In this document: positions 16,120-24,179 of the stretch, one piece after another
Layout: each line of letters opens with the position of its first letter
Position numbering within the stretch: the first letter of the stretch is position 1
Position numbers and translations under genes: made by a program
Source of the DNA: Candidatus Brocadia sp.
Lineage (GTDB): Bacteria > Planctomycetota > Brocadiia > Brocadiales > Brocadiaceae
Direction of reading: 5' to 3'
Assembly: GCA_021650915.1 (NCBI GenBank)
Contig: CP091279.1
Span: 720,001 to 752,000, forward strand
DNA: 32,000 nt
Notes under the pieces: generated by a model
Told to the model about the DNA's origin: nothing
Databases searched by the model: none
Seen by the model: the letters and a program-made list of their open reading frames with translations, nothing else

Positions 16120-16165
16120 GGACAGCATACTTAATTATTGACATTATTTTTAACGTAACACTTTA

Positions 16166-16210
16166 GCCGGGTAGGTTGGGTTGAATGAAATGAAACCCAA
16201 CGAATTTTTC
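16166..16210 (+). repeat. C-type repeat, single hairpin copy C2
   Basis: gccggGTAGGTTGGGTTgaatgaaatgaAACCCAACgaatttttc. Confidence 0.8.
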
Positions 16211-16221
16211 TTTATGCCAAG

Positions 16222-16494
16222 CTAACGGTAAATATCCTTACGATGGCCTATTCGTATAATGTGAACTACTTTTTGAGGAGAATGTACTTCGTAGATGATG
16301 CGGTAATCCCCACTTCGTAAGGAATAGCAACCTTGTTTTTTACCTTTGAGATGTTTACCTGAATAGGGGTTGAATGAGAGGGAGTCAATAAGCTTAACGA
16401 TGCGTTTGGTAACGGTAGGATTTGCATACTGAAGTTTTTTTATATCACGGCTTGCTTTTGGGTCAACCTTAATTTCAAATTTGCTTGAGCTCAC
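16222..16494 (-). CDS. RelE/ParE-family toxin
   Basis: 90 aa with LRSGDYRIIYEV...VVHIIRIGHRKDIY, the classic RelE/ParE C-terminal signature. Confidence 0.85.
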   Translation of the reverse strand: MSSSKFEIKVDPKASRDIKKLQYANPTVTKRIVKLIDSLSFNPYSGKHLKGKKQGCYSLRSGDYRIIYEVHSPQKVVHIIRIGHRKDIYR

Positions 16495-16684
16495 GCTTCA
16501 AGGTTTCCCATGATATGGACTTGCCTTTACGGAAACGTTCCCTGGCCTGAGTAATTTCACGGTCCAATTTTGGAGTTGGTGTATAGCCAGCTTCTTCAAG
16601 CAGGGTAATATACTCTTCTACAGGAATTAAAACCATTGGTTTGTCAATGGTAAGGGGGTGCATTAAAATTGCTTTTTGAGCCAT
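16475..16684 (-). CDS. antitoxin partner of the RelE/ParE toxin
   Basis: 69 aa. Overlaps the toxin start by 20 nt. Small acidic/basic protein in the antitoxin position; the family was not recognised with certainty. Confidence 0.6.
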   Translation of the reverse strand: MAQKAILMHPLTIDKPMVLIPVEEYITLLEEAGYTPTPKLDREITQARERFRKGKSISWETLKRELKQI

Positions 16685-16747
16685 GGTTTACCTCACAATG
16701 GGATGATATAATTTAACAAACAAATATATAGACTGTCAAGGTAAAAT

Positions 16748-16793
16748 GCGGAATTCCGGGGATACCATACTTAATTATCGACATTATTTTTAG
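16748..16793 (+). repeat. D-type repeat: intact (intron-less) paralog of the intron 3 insertion site
   Basis: gcggaattccggggataccatacttaattatcgacattattttta matches the joined flanks of intron 3 (14119-14132 plus 16120-16152) at about 41 of 47 positions. Confidence 0.8.
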
Positions 16794-16794
16794 A

Positions 16795-16909
16795 GTCTGG
16801 TAGGGTGGATTAAGCGACAGCGAATCCATCAATCCATCTTTTGTTGGGATATTATTGGTGGATTCGGCGCTAAAAGGCAAGCGCCTTAATCCACCCTACA
16901 AAAATTGTA
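16795..16909 (+). repeat. B-type repeat, copy B2
   Basis: gtctgGTAGGGTGGATT...AATCCACCCTACaaaaattgta. Near-identical to B1 and B4. Confidence 0.85.
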
Positions 16910-16911
16910 AC

Positions 16912-17052
16912 CCGATAGGCATCGCCTACCACGTATTTCGAATGCATATTGTGAGCGATCTTGACATGGAACGGATTTTGGTGATGACGGGTTGTGCTTG
17001 CATTACTTTACATTTTGCCGGGTTTGATCTGGCAGGCGGTGCCTTGCTCTAC
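16912..17052 (+). repeat. A-type repeat, copy A4 (36-nt internal deletion, degenerate right end)
   Basis: Aligns to A7 except for loss of gcgggaaatttgtgcggatgcggaatgaatgaaatg. The right end reads gccttgctCTAC. Confidence 0.8.
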
Positions 17053-17103
17053 AAAAATATTTCATTGAGATATCAGTTTATTATATTCAGCATGGGAACC
17101 AAT

Positions 17104-17319
17104 TCAAGACCATACAACAGTATTGCCTTTGTCTAGTCCTGGCGCTCGATATTTTCGGCTTACTCGCACAGACCACAATTTGCGAATCCTTTTGAATTGC
17201 AAGGACGGATGTGCCGAATCTGTTTTGAGAAGTTGGAAATTCTTATCTGCAAGTACTTGAACTTCCTTCGGAAGTTGCTGGTAATAACGCCAAAATTCAG
17301 GAGTCGTGTAATGATTCAA
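17104..17319 (-). CDS. RelE/ParE-superfamily toxin with an in-frame TGA (homology continues to 17062)
   Basis: FWRYYQQLPKEVQVLADKNFQLLKTDSAHPSLQFKRIRKLWSVRV is typical of this toxin type. After VVWS-TGA the frame continues IGSHAEYNKLISQ-stop, which is the expected conserved C-terminus. Confidence 0.65.
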   Translation of the reverse strand: MNHYTTPEFWRYYQQLPKEVQVLADKNFQLLKTDSAHPSLQFKRIRKLWSVRVSRKYRAPGLDKGNTVVWS

Positions 17320-17513
17320 AGTGGCTTACACCGTCCGGATTGAAAGCTTTCCTCCGCCTCTTTGATTATTTTGTCCAGCCGCCCAGCTTCTATATCATTT
17401 TCGATTTGCTTGTCCCACGTTTGTGCTTGATATGCCTCAAACCAGGCAGTAAACTGAGACAATTCCTCAGATGTAAGTCGTGTAATGGCTAATTCAATTT
17501 CTTTAATACTCAT
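17316..17513 (-). CDS. antitoxin (addiction-module component) partnered with the preceding toxin
   Basis: 65 aa: MSIKEIELAITRLTSEELSQFTAWFEAYQAQTWDKQIENDIEAGRLDKI. This is a pattern often seen upstream of this toxin type. 4-nt overlap with the toxin start. Confidence 0.7.
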   Translation of the reverse strand: MSIKEIELAITRLTSEELSQFTAWFEAYQAQTWDKQIENDIEAGRLDKIIKEAEESFQSGRCKPL

Positions 17514-17674
17514 ATATTTATTTTTCTGTGGAAAAGTTCATATATTATAACAAGGTATTACTCTGTTATTAATACAGAAACACTGCTCATAATCAAGTGC
17601 AAAAGAGAAAGGGCAAGAAAGGACAAGGGGTCAAAGATAAATCTGCTTCAACTCTTCTGATAATCTGAGAAATC

Positions 17675-17768
17675 CAGGCAGGTTGGGTTGGATGAAACGA
17701 AACCCAACGAATTTTTCAACGTTACGCATGATTGGTGTTGGGTTTCACTCACGTTTTACCCAACCTAC
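17675..17768 (+). repeat. C-type REPIN (two inverted hairpins), copy C3
   Basis: cagGTTGGGTTggatgaaacgaAACCCAAC, a spacer, then GTTGGGTttcactcacgttttACCCAAC-CTAC. Confidence 0.8.
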
Positions 17769-17778
17769 ATAATTTACA

Positions 17779-17880
17779 GCCGTGTAGCTGGGTAGGGTAG
17801 GCATCGTCCTACCACACATTTTGGATGCACGTGGATAATTTTTGCGGGATAATGTTTCTGACGTTGAACTGATTTTATAT
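17779..17880 (+). repeat. A-type repeat, copy A5 (degenerate, left half only)
   Basis: gccgtGTAGctggGTAGGGTAGGCatcgtCCTACC, followed by a decayed core. Confidence 0.6.
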
Positions 17881-18075
17881 TGGCATTGACAGGGAGAAAA
17901 AAATGATTGCTATCCCTATTTCAAATGAATAATTTGATGATCATGGAGATGATACCGGCAATAACAAAGCCTAGTGTGCAGACATATTAATTACAAATTA
18001 TATATTGTGGACAATTTTAGCTATATCGCGCTGCAAAACAGCATTTATATGTTTCGTTATTAATATGTCTCTACA

Positions 18076-18246
18076 CTAGCATCCACTTAACGAGATTTAT
18101 CTCGATTTTTAATACTTTAATTTCTGCTTTAATGTCTGTCAAATCGGACTCGCTATGCGTAAAGTGTTTATCGTAATCGGCAATAGCTGAGGCCGCTGCC
18201 TTTGCTTTTTCGTCCGAAGTGCCGGCTTCTTTGAGTGCTTCGTAAA
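18076..18246 (-). pseudogene. 5'-truncated fragment of a small coiled-coil protein gene
   Basis: The frame reads ...LYEALKEAGTSDEKAKAAASAIADYDKHFTHSESDLTDIKAEIKVLKIEINLVKWMLV-stop. It has no start and is cut at its 5' end by the partial B-type repeat. Confidence 0.3.
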
Positions 18247-18287
18247 GTCTGGTAGAGGGGATTAAGCGACAGCGAATCCGTCAATTC
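18247..18287 (+). repeat. B-type repeat, partial copy B3
   Basis: gtctgGTAGaGGGGATTaagcgacagcgAATCCgtcaattc. Confidence 0.7.
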
Positions 18288-18379
18288 ACTTGTCCATGCC
18301 GGCCGCCCGCAAAAGGTGCAAGAAGCCGTCTATTGCCGATGTGCCCAAATGCCGCTGTCATGCAAATTTCCCTGACAGA

Positions 18380-18649
18380 TTATTGTTCCTTGCGGAATGT
18401 TAATGGGTATTTTTCCGGATTTTCAAGTGAGTCGGTTTCGAGGTCGATGTCGAGGTCAGGCCAGTAGAGATGGTAGCCGTTAAGTAATTCAACATTGCAG
18501 ATATCTTTTACTTTGGCATCCTCAAACCAAGGGTACTCTTTATATGATAAGAAATATTCCTTTTTGTTTGCATAGAGCCACATACCGTGTGTAGAAATAT
18601 TCAAAACCTCAGCTTTTGAAATAGTTTTCCCACGCTTCTGTAATTTCAT
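18380..18649 (-). CDS. DUF2442-family protein (putative antitoxin-like partner)
   Basis: ISKAEVLNISTHGMWLYANKKEYFLSYKEYPWFEDAKVKDICNVELLNGYHLYWPDLDIDL is the DUF2442 pattern. Start placed at the internal ATG at 18649. Confidence 0.65.
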   Translation of the reverse strand: MKLQKRGKTISKAEVLNISTHGMWLYANKKEYFLSYKEYPWFEDAKVKDICNVELLNGYHLYWPDLDIDLETDSLENPEKYPLTFRKEQ

Positions 18650-18848
18650 CGGCCTTTTCCTTGATAAATTTTTGTATTTCATTTAACTGTTTTGGTGATA
18701 AGCCATAATTGTTTGCCAGTGCAACTATTGGTTCTAGCCAAAACTTTGCCCCACCGTTAGGATATTTCACATGAATATTCACTCTGGCTTCTTCTTTTGA
18801 AAAGAAATAAAGCCAATAGCTTTTGTATTTGAATATTGCAGGACTCAT
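18609..18848 (-). CDS. DUF4160-family protein (putative toxin-like partner)
   Basis: From the ATG at 18848: MSPAIFKYKSYWLYFFSKEEARVNIHVKYPNGGAKFWLEPI... DUF4160/DUF2442 gene pairs are a recurrent two-gene module. Confidence 0.65.
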   Translation of the reverse strand: MSPAIFKYKSYWLYFFSKEEARVNIHVKYPNGGAKFWLEPIVALANNYGLSPKQLNEIQKFIKEKADEITEAWENYFKS

Positions 18849-18941
18849 CTTCTCTCCTTGTTCATCTTTGCTCATTATTTTATCACAATTTAAAAGAATA
18901 GGCAAAGGGTCAATGGTTTTCAGATGTCAAAGGGGCCACAG

Positions 18942-19122
18942 GTAGCCGGGTAGGCACACCTACCACGTATTTCGAATGCATGCGGGAAATTTATGCGGAT
19001 GCGGAATGAATGAAATGATTGTGAGCGATCTTGACATGGAACGGATTTTGGCAATGGCGGGTTGTGCTTGCATTACTTCACATTTTGCCTGGTTTGATCT
19101 GGCAGACGGTGTCATGCCCTAC
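18942..19122 (+). repeat. A-type repeat, copy A6
   Basis: Left hairpin variant GGTAGGCacaCCTACC. Core and right end conserved. Runs into a RAYT-like start codon at 19154. Confidence 0.85.
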
Positions 19123-19153
19123 GTAAGATTTGTATGGATGGAAATGTACAAAC

Positions 19154-19230
19154 ATGCCTAACTATCGGAGGGTACGGATACCGGGGATAACCTATTTCTT
19201 TACGGTTGTTACTTACAAATTGAGCACTCA
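19154..19230 (+). pseudogene. second 5' relic of a RAYT gene
   Basis: MPNYRRVRIPGITYFFTVVTYK again. Homology with the 14037 copy ends at the same point (ctcactcag). Confidence 0.6.
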
Positions 19231-19298
19231 CTCAGAAAGCACGGTGAATCATCAAGGCGAAGTCGCTGTATCTTTGCAGTCGCTGCGGTAAGTTGTTT

Positions 19299-19529
19299 TT
19301 AAATCGTTGCAGTTTCAACTTTCTCAATAGGGAGGTTCTCGATAATTATGTTTGAGAGATCCTTCCGAGACAGTTTTTTGGTTGCATCGAGGATTTCAAC
19401 GCCAATAATGTGCCCTTTTTCATCAATATCAATGGTAACTCCGTCTTCGATGTCAATATTGTCGAATACACGCGTCTCTTTTAGCTGGATATACAAGGCA
19501 TCTGCTTCTTTATCGTATTCTATCCTCAC
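19299..19529 (-). CDS. DUF2283-family protein (antitoxin-like)
   Basis: 76 aa: MRIEYDKEADALYIQLKE...GHIIGVEILDA is the DUF2283 signature. Confidence 0.75.
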   Translation of the reverse strand: MRIEYDKEADALYIQLKETRVFDNIDIEDGVTIDIDEKGHIIGVEILDATKKLSRKDLSNIIIENLPIEKVETATI

Positions 19530-19535
19530 GTTACA

Positions 19536-19772
19536 TTACCTCCATCCTTTCTGTTTTTTCACTGCCGTTATAACCAGTATTGTATCTGTTTCTTCTCTGT
19601 ATGTCACTCGGAGATATTTTTCGAACGTCTTTTTCCATGCATTCAACCTGTTTTCTATCGATGGCTCAACAAAATCAGGTTTCTGTATCGCAAGTTCTAT
19701 CTCAGATTCTGTAATTTCATGCCAACGCATCCTGTTTTTTGCATGGCGCGTATATTGAATACGTTTAGACAT
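19536..19772 (-). CDS. DUF4258-family toxin candidate
   Basis: From the internal ATG at 19772: MSKRIQYTRHAKNRMRWHEITESEIELAI... DUF4258/DUF2283 is a recurrent pairing. Confidence 0.7.
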   Translation of the reverse strand: MSKRIQYTRHAKNRMRWHEITESEIELAIQKPDFVEPSIENRLNAWKKTFEKYLRVTYREETDTILVITAVKKQKGWR

Positions 19773-19855
19773 GTTCTGTATGCTATTGCATAAAAAAAAT
19801 ATTGTCAAGATAAAATGTAATAAAACAATGCAACATGTCAATGCGGCACCTTAAA

Positions 19856-20050
19856 GCCGGGTAGGGTAGGCATCGCCTACCACGTATTTCGAATACATGC
19901 GGGAAATTTGTGCGGATGCGGAATGAATGAAATGATTGTGAGCGATCTTGACATGGAACGGATTTTGGTAATGGCGGGTTGCGCTTGCATTACTTCACAT
20001 TTTGCCGGATTTGATCCGACAGGCGGCGCCATGCCCTACGTAAAAATTGC
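19856..20050 (+). repeat. A-type repeat, copy A7
   Basis: Full-length copy. The ATG of the apparent internal frame is mutated to ATA. Confidence 0.85.
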
Positions 20051-20062
20051 GTGAATACACAA

Positions 20063-20176
20063 GTCTGGTAGGGTGGATTAAGCGACAGCGAATCCCCCAA
20101 TCCATCTTTTGTTGGGATATTATTGGTGGATTCGGCGCTAAAAGGCAAGCGCCTTAATCCACCCTACAAAAATTGT
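20063..20176 (+). repeat. B-type repeat, copy B4
   Basis: Near-identical to B2. Confidence 0.85.
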
Positions 20177-20247
20177 AACCCGATAGGCATCGCCTACCAC
20201 GTATTTCAAATGCATGCGGGTAATTTGTGCGGATGCGGAATGAATGA
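20177..20247 (+). repeat. A-type repeat, copy A8 (left third only)
   Basis: Homology ends after ggaatgaatgaa. Confidence 0.75.
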
Positions 20248-20341
20248 AGATGATTTATTCTGTTAATTTGCAACCATCTTTACCTGCTTCGTTATCCATA
20301 GCGCGGCACAGCCGCAACCAAATTTCCTTTATGAAAGCGGG

Positions 20342-20436
20342 GAGATTGCTTCGGAAAAGGCCCCTCGCAATGACAGCGACCATGCACTTTGATGGCACAC
20401 GGCACGTTGTCATTGCGAGTGAAGCGAAGCAATCTT
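20342..20436. repeat. palindromic element of the gattgcttcg...cgcaatgac / gtcattgcg...cgaagcaatc type
   Basis: Arms at 20342-20374 and 20409-20436 are inverted copies. Same architecture as 26566-26655. Confidence 0.75.
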
Positions 20437-20539
20437 TCACTCATAAAAAACGGTACCTCCTGAAAGAGGTTTGTGAAAAAACTTACAAAAAAAAGAAGTT
20501 TTTATACAGTAATACTATAGCAAGGGATGAACGACCTGA

Positions 20540-23500
20540 TTATACGATAATCCCCTTTTCCGCAATACCAGGATCGTTCTCCAATGCCTTCTTAAACTTA
20601 TGTTCCTTGTGCCAGGCATTCAGGCAAGGAATGATGAATACGCTGACCAATGCCATAGCCATGCCTCCAATAGAGGGAATTGCCATGGGTTTTGCCACCT
20701 CGGCGCCGGCGCCTGTTTCCCATAGGATAGGCATGAGTCCAATAAATGTGGTGGCAGCCGTCATCATACAGGGACGTATCCTTCTCGTGCCTGCCATGAG
20801 GACCGTATCCCGAATGTCCTGAACGCTCCTCATCCTCTTTTCGCCGAAGAGATCGTTGATATACGTGGTAATGAGGACTGAATCGTCGTCCACGATGCCA
20901 AAGATGGAGATGAAACCCACCCAAACGGCGACACTGAAGTTATATCCAAACAGGTATTGAAGCCAGACACCGCCCGCTATGGCCGTTGGAATCCCTGCAA
21001 CGAGGATAAACATGGTTTGTGGAAATGATTTGAATGCTATGAAAATCAGGACAAAACCCACAAACATTGATAAGGGCACAAGAATTTGCAACCGATTTCT
21101 TGCCCTGACCTGGTTTTCGAACTGGCCACTCCACTGGATAAAGTAGCCGTGAGGCAGCATAACCTTTTGTGCCACGACCTTAGATGCCTCTTCAACAAAG
21201 CTTAAGGGGTCTCTGCCACGTACGTTCATGAGAACATACGCCCTCAGGAGGGCATTTTCACTGCTGATCATGGCTGGCCCCATCACGTATCTGACATCGG
21301 CTACCTGAGTAAGAGGGATAAGCGCACCCGTGGAACCGGGGACATAAATCCTTTTCAGTGCATCGAAGTTATCCCTGAGCTCCCGACTATACCTGACCCG
21401 CACCGGGTATCGATGGCGACCCTCTACCGTTGTCGTAATGTTTTCTCCACCGATAGCGGTCTCAATGATATCCTGCACGTCCTTGATATTGACGCCGTAG
21501 CGGGCAATCTCCTCACGTTTGATCTTGAATTCCAGATAGGGCTTGCCAGTAACCCGCTCTGCATAGAGGTCAGCTACCCCAGGCACATCACGCAGCGCCT
21601 TTTCGACATCAAGGGCCAATTGCTGGATAACGTTCAGATCTGGCCCAAAGACCTTGGCTCCCACTGATGTACGGATACCGGTGGCCAGCATGTCAATTCG
21701 GTTTACGATGGGTTGTGTCCATATATTTGCCACGCCCGGTATCCTCATAGCCTCATCCATTTCCTGAATGAGTTCCTGCTTGGTAATCGTCCGTTCATCA
21801 GGCAAAAAGAGGTGGAAAACAGGGTGAAGGAACGAGGGCACATAATTTAAAAATTTGTACTCGATCTTTTTTTTGCGCCATTCTTCCCTTGGTTTCAGGG
21901 CAACGACGGTCTCAAACATCTCGACTGGCGCCGGGTCTGTGGGGGTTTCAGCCCTGCCTAATTTACCAACCACCATGTCGATTTCGGGAAAGGACTTTAT
22001 GATCATGTCCTGTTTCTGCATGACTTTGAGGGCGTCCGTTAAGGCCACGCTGGGCAACATTACCGGCATGAAGAGGATCGAACCTTCATCAAGGGGAGGC
22101 ATAAATTCCCGCCCTAATTTTTTTGCCGCAAAGACGGATGAGACAATAATAGCAAGGGGAATTGCAAGGAATGTCTTCTTATTATTTAATACCCACTTAA
22201 GGACAGGCTGATAACCCTTCAGGAGCATCCTGGAGGAGAAATTCTCTTCCATGGGTTTTAGCTTGCCCTTGATCAGAAAGGCGCAGAGTATGGGCACGAG
22301 GGTAATAGCCATGATGACAGACGAACCGATGGCAATGGTCTTTGTCCAGGCCAATGGCTTAAAAAGTTTCCCCTCCTGGCCGGTAAGTCCAAATACGGGG
22401 AAGAACATACAAATAGTTGTTAAGGCTGCAAAGAATATGGAACCGCCAACTTCTTTTGATGCATCAAGGATGATCTGCGGTCTGCTTTTTTTACCCTTTT
22501 GTTCTATGAGGTTTCGAAAGATATTTTCTGTCATAACGATGGACATATCGCTCACCTCTCCAATGGCAATGGCAATACCCGTGAGGGACATGATATTGGA
22601 ATCGATGCCCATAAAATACATACACAGGAAGGAGATCAGGATGGATATGGGGAATCCCAGACAGCAGATAATGATACTCCGAACATGCAACAGGAAGATA
22701 GCAACAACAAGAGAAGTGATAATGATTTCTTCTATCAGCGCCTCTCTCAGGGTGTCAATAACCCGGTAGATAAGACCCTCTCTATCATAAAAGGGCACAA
22801 TCTTTACGCCCGGTGGCAATCCCGGCTCTATCTCATTAATTTTCGCTTTTACCCTTTTAATCACCTCCAAAGGGTTTTGCCCCTGACGCATGATAACAAT
22901 ACCACCGGTAACCTCTGCACCCTCCTTATCAAGCGCGCCGCGCCGGAAATCTCCTCCAATCTGAACCGTGGCAATATTTTTTACAAATACTGGCACACCG
23001 TTGAAACTGCCTATCGTGATGTTTTCAATATCCGTAACATTCTTGATAAATCCAAGGCCACGGATAATGAACTCCATATTATTGCTTTCCACTACTTTGG
23101 CGCCCACGTCGATATTGCTTCTGCGAACGGCTTCGTATACCATCCCGACGGTCATGTTGTAGGCCAGTAATTTATTGGGGTCAACGTCGACCTGATACTG
23201 TTTGACAAAACCGCCTACCGCAGCCACCTCTGATACACCCTCGACGGCATTCAATTGGTAGCGGATGTACCAGTCCTGAACGGAGCGCAGTTGTCCCAGA
23301 TCGTATCCTTCACCTTCCACGGTATACCAGAAGATTTGGCCAAGTCCTGTGGCGTCGGGACCGAGCCGTGGGGTGACGTCTTTTGGGAGTAATTGCTGGA
23401 TAAAGTTTAATCTCTCCAGCACCCGCGAACGCGCCCAGTAGAATTCAACGTTGTCCTTGAAGATAATAAAGATCATGGAAAAGCCGAATCCTGATTGTGA

Positions 23501-23749
23501 CCGGATGACCTTCACGCCGGGTACGCCAAGGAGATTGACGGTAAGCGGATAGGTAACCTGATCTTCCACGTCCTGGGGGCTGCGTCCCGGCCAATCGGTA
23601 AAGACGATGCACTGGTTCTCACCGACGTCCGGGATGACATCCATATTGATGTTCTTCAATCCGAAGATGCCACCGAATATCACCAGGAGATAGAAGCAGA
23701 TGACAAGGAATCGGTTTCTGAGGCAGAGTTCAATGAGTCTATTGATCAT
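20540..23749 (-). CDS. cusA: CusA-type heavy-metal (Cu/Ag) RND efflux pump
   Basis: 1069 aa, collinear by eye with E. coli CusA. Segments ILFMPVMLP, PVEMFETVV and NRIDMLATGI align with the regions carrying the CusA methionine triad. Confidence 0.9.
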   Translation of the reverse strand: MINRLIELCLRNRFLVICFYLLVIFGGIFGLKNINMDVIPDVGENQCIVFTDWPGRSPQDVEDQVTYPLTVNLLGVPGVKVIRSQSGFGFSMIFIIFKDNVEFYWARSRVLERLNFIQQLLPKDVTPRLGPDATGLGQIFWYTVEGEGYDLGQLRSVQDWYIRYQLNAVEGVSEVAAVGGFVKQYQVDVDPNKLLAYNMTVGMVYEAVRRSNIDVGAKVVESNNMEFIIRGLGFIKNVTDIENITIGSFNGVPVFVKNIATVQIGGDFRRGALDKEGAEVTGGIVIMRQGQNPLEVIKRVKAKINEIEPGLPPGVKIVPFYDREGLIYRVIDTLREALIEEIIITSLVVAIFLLHVRSIIICCLGFPISILISFLCMYFMGIDSNIMSLTGIAIAIGEVSDMSIVMTENIFRNLIEQKGKKSRPQIILDASKEVGGSIFFAALTTICMFFPVFGLTGQEGKLFKPLAWTKTIAIGSSVIMAITLVPILCAFLIKGKLKPMEENFSSRMLLKGYQPVLKWVLNNKKTFLAIPLAIIVSSVFAAKKLGREFMPPLDEGSILFMPVMLPSVALTDALKVMQKQDMIIKSFPEIDMVVGKLGRAETPTDPAPVEMFETVVALKPREEWRKKKIEYKFLNYVPSFLHPVFHLFLPDERTITKQELIQEMDEAMRIPGVANIWTQPIVNRIDMLATGIRTSVGAKVFGPDLNVIQQLALDVEKALRDVPGVADLYAERVTGKPYLEFKIKREEIARYGVNIKDVQDIIETAIGGENITTTVEGRHRYPVRVRYSRELRDNFDALKRIYVPGSTGALIPLTQVADVRYVMGPAMISSENALLRAYVLMNVRGRDPLSFVEEASKVVAQKVMLPHGYFIQWSGQFENQVRARNRLQILVPLSMFVGFVLIFIAFKSFPQTMFILVAGIPTAIAGGVWLQYLFGYNFSVAVWVGFISIFGIVDDDSVLITTYINDLFGEKRMRSVQDIRDTVLMAGTRRIRPCMMTAATTFIGLMPILWETGAGAEVAKPMAIPSIGGMAMALVSVFIIPCLNAWHKEHKFKKALENDPGIAEKGIIV

Positions 23750-23798
23750 AAAATATAGGATGCAGGATCCAAGATACAGGATGCACGATTATTGTATG

Positions 23799-24179
23799 TC
23801 ATGTACGATGGCTTCTTATAACAGCTTCTCTGAAATTAAATAGTTTTGCAAACAATTCTTCATAACCGGGATACATTTCTTCAAATAGGTCCTTTTTAAT
23901 TGATCTCGTTTCGTTTAGCATTTCTAAATGCACCTTGGTTTCATCACAAGAAGCGCTAGCGTACGTCAAATATAAAATAAATTCGTTTTTATATCTTCTT
24001 CGTCCAAATCCCTCAGCGATGTTAGACACGATAGATTTTGAGGAACGCCTTATCTGGCTGCCTTCTTCATACATTTCAAATTTTGGCAAATCTTCTAATG
24101 TCATTTTGTGAACCTTTACAGCAAGATCCTTCGCTAGTAAATATATCTCGAGGTCTTTGTACGATTGCGGCATTTTCAT
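23799..24179 (-). CDS. four-helix-bundle protein (23S rRNA intervening-sequence protein family)
   Basis: 126 aa: YKDLEIYLLAKDLAVKVHKMT...QIRRSSKSIVSNIAEGFGRRRYKNEFILYLTYASASCDE is the family signature. Confidence 0.8.
   Translation of the reverse strand: MKMPQSYKDLEIYLLAKDLAVKVHKMTLEDLPKFEMYEEGSQIRRSSKSIVSNIAEGFGRRRYKNEFILYLTYASASCDETKVHLEMLNETRSIKKDLFEEMYPGYEELFAKLFNFREAVIRSHRT

Noticed and set aside
9345-20250. CRISPR array (regularly interspersed repeats)
   Set aside because: - The repeats are 115-195 nt and fall into three unrelated classes.
- The spacers are 0.3-4 kb and contain complete genes and introns.
- No cas genes are present in the window.
9134-20250. Classical integron or CALIN (attC-separated cassettes)
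   Set aside because: - No intI, attI or Pc is present in the window.
- The repeats have outward GTAG/CTAC leaders and twin hairpins, not the R''-L''...L'-R' attC layout.
- The GTTGGGT/ACCCAAC strings in the C-type repeat match GTTRRRY/RYYYAAC only because the stem is a palindrome, and they occur in the wrong order.
- This still deserves a formal attC covariance-model scan.
20244-23170. Plus-strand ORFs overlapping cusA (20244-20822, 21855-22211, 22251-22769, 22499-23170 and others)
   Set aside because: They are antisense to a 1069-aa ORF with end-to-end CusA collinearity. These are typical shadow ORFs.
12302-24179. Diversity-generating retroelement (RTs, an Avd-like four-helix-bundle gene, and diverged repeat copies)
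   Set aside because: - All three RTs sit inside ribozyme-bearing group II introns with domain V present.
- The four-helix-bundle gene is more than 8 kb away, inside the cus operon.
- The A3 versus A6 differences are not adenine-specific (t>c, g>c, t>g and others), so there is no TR/VR signature.
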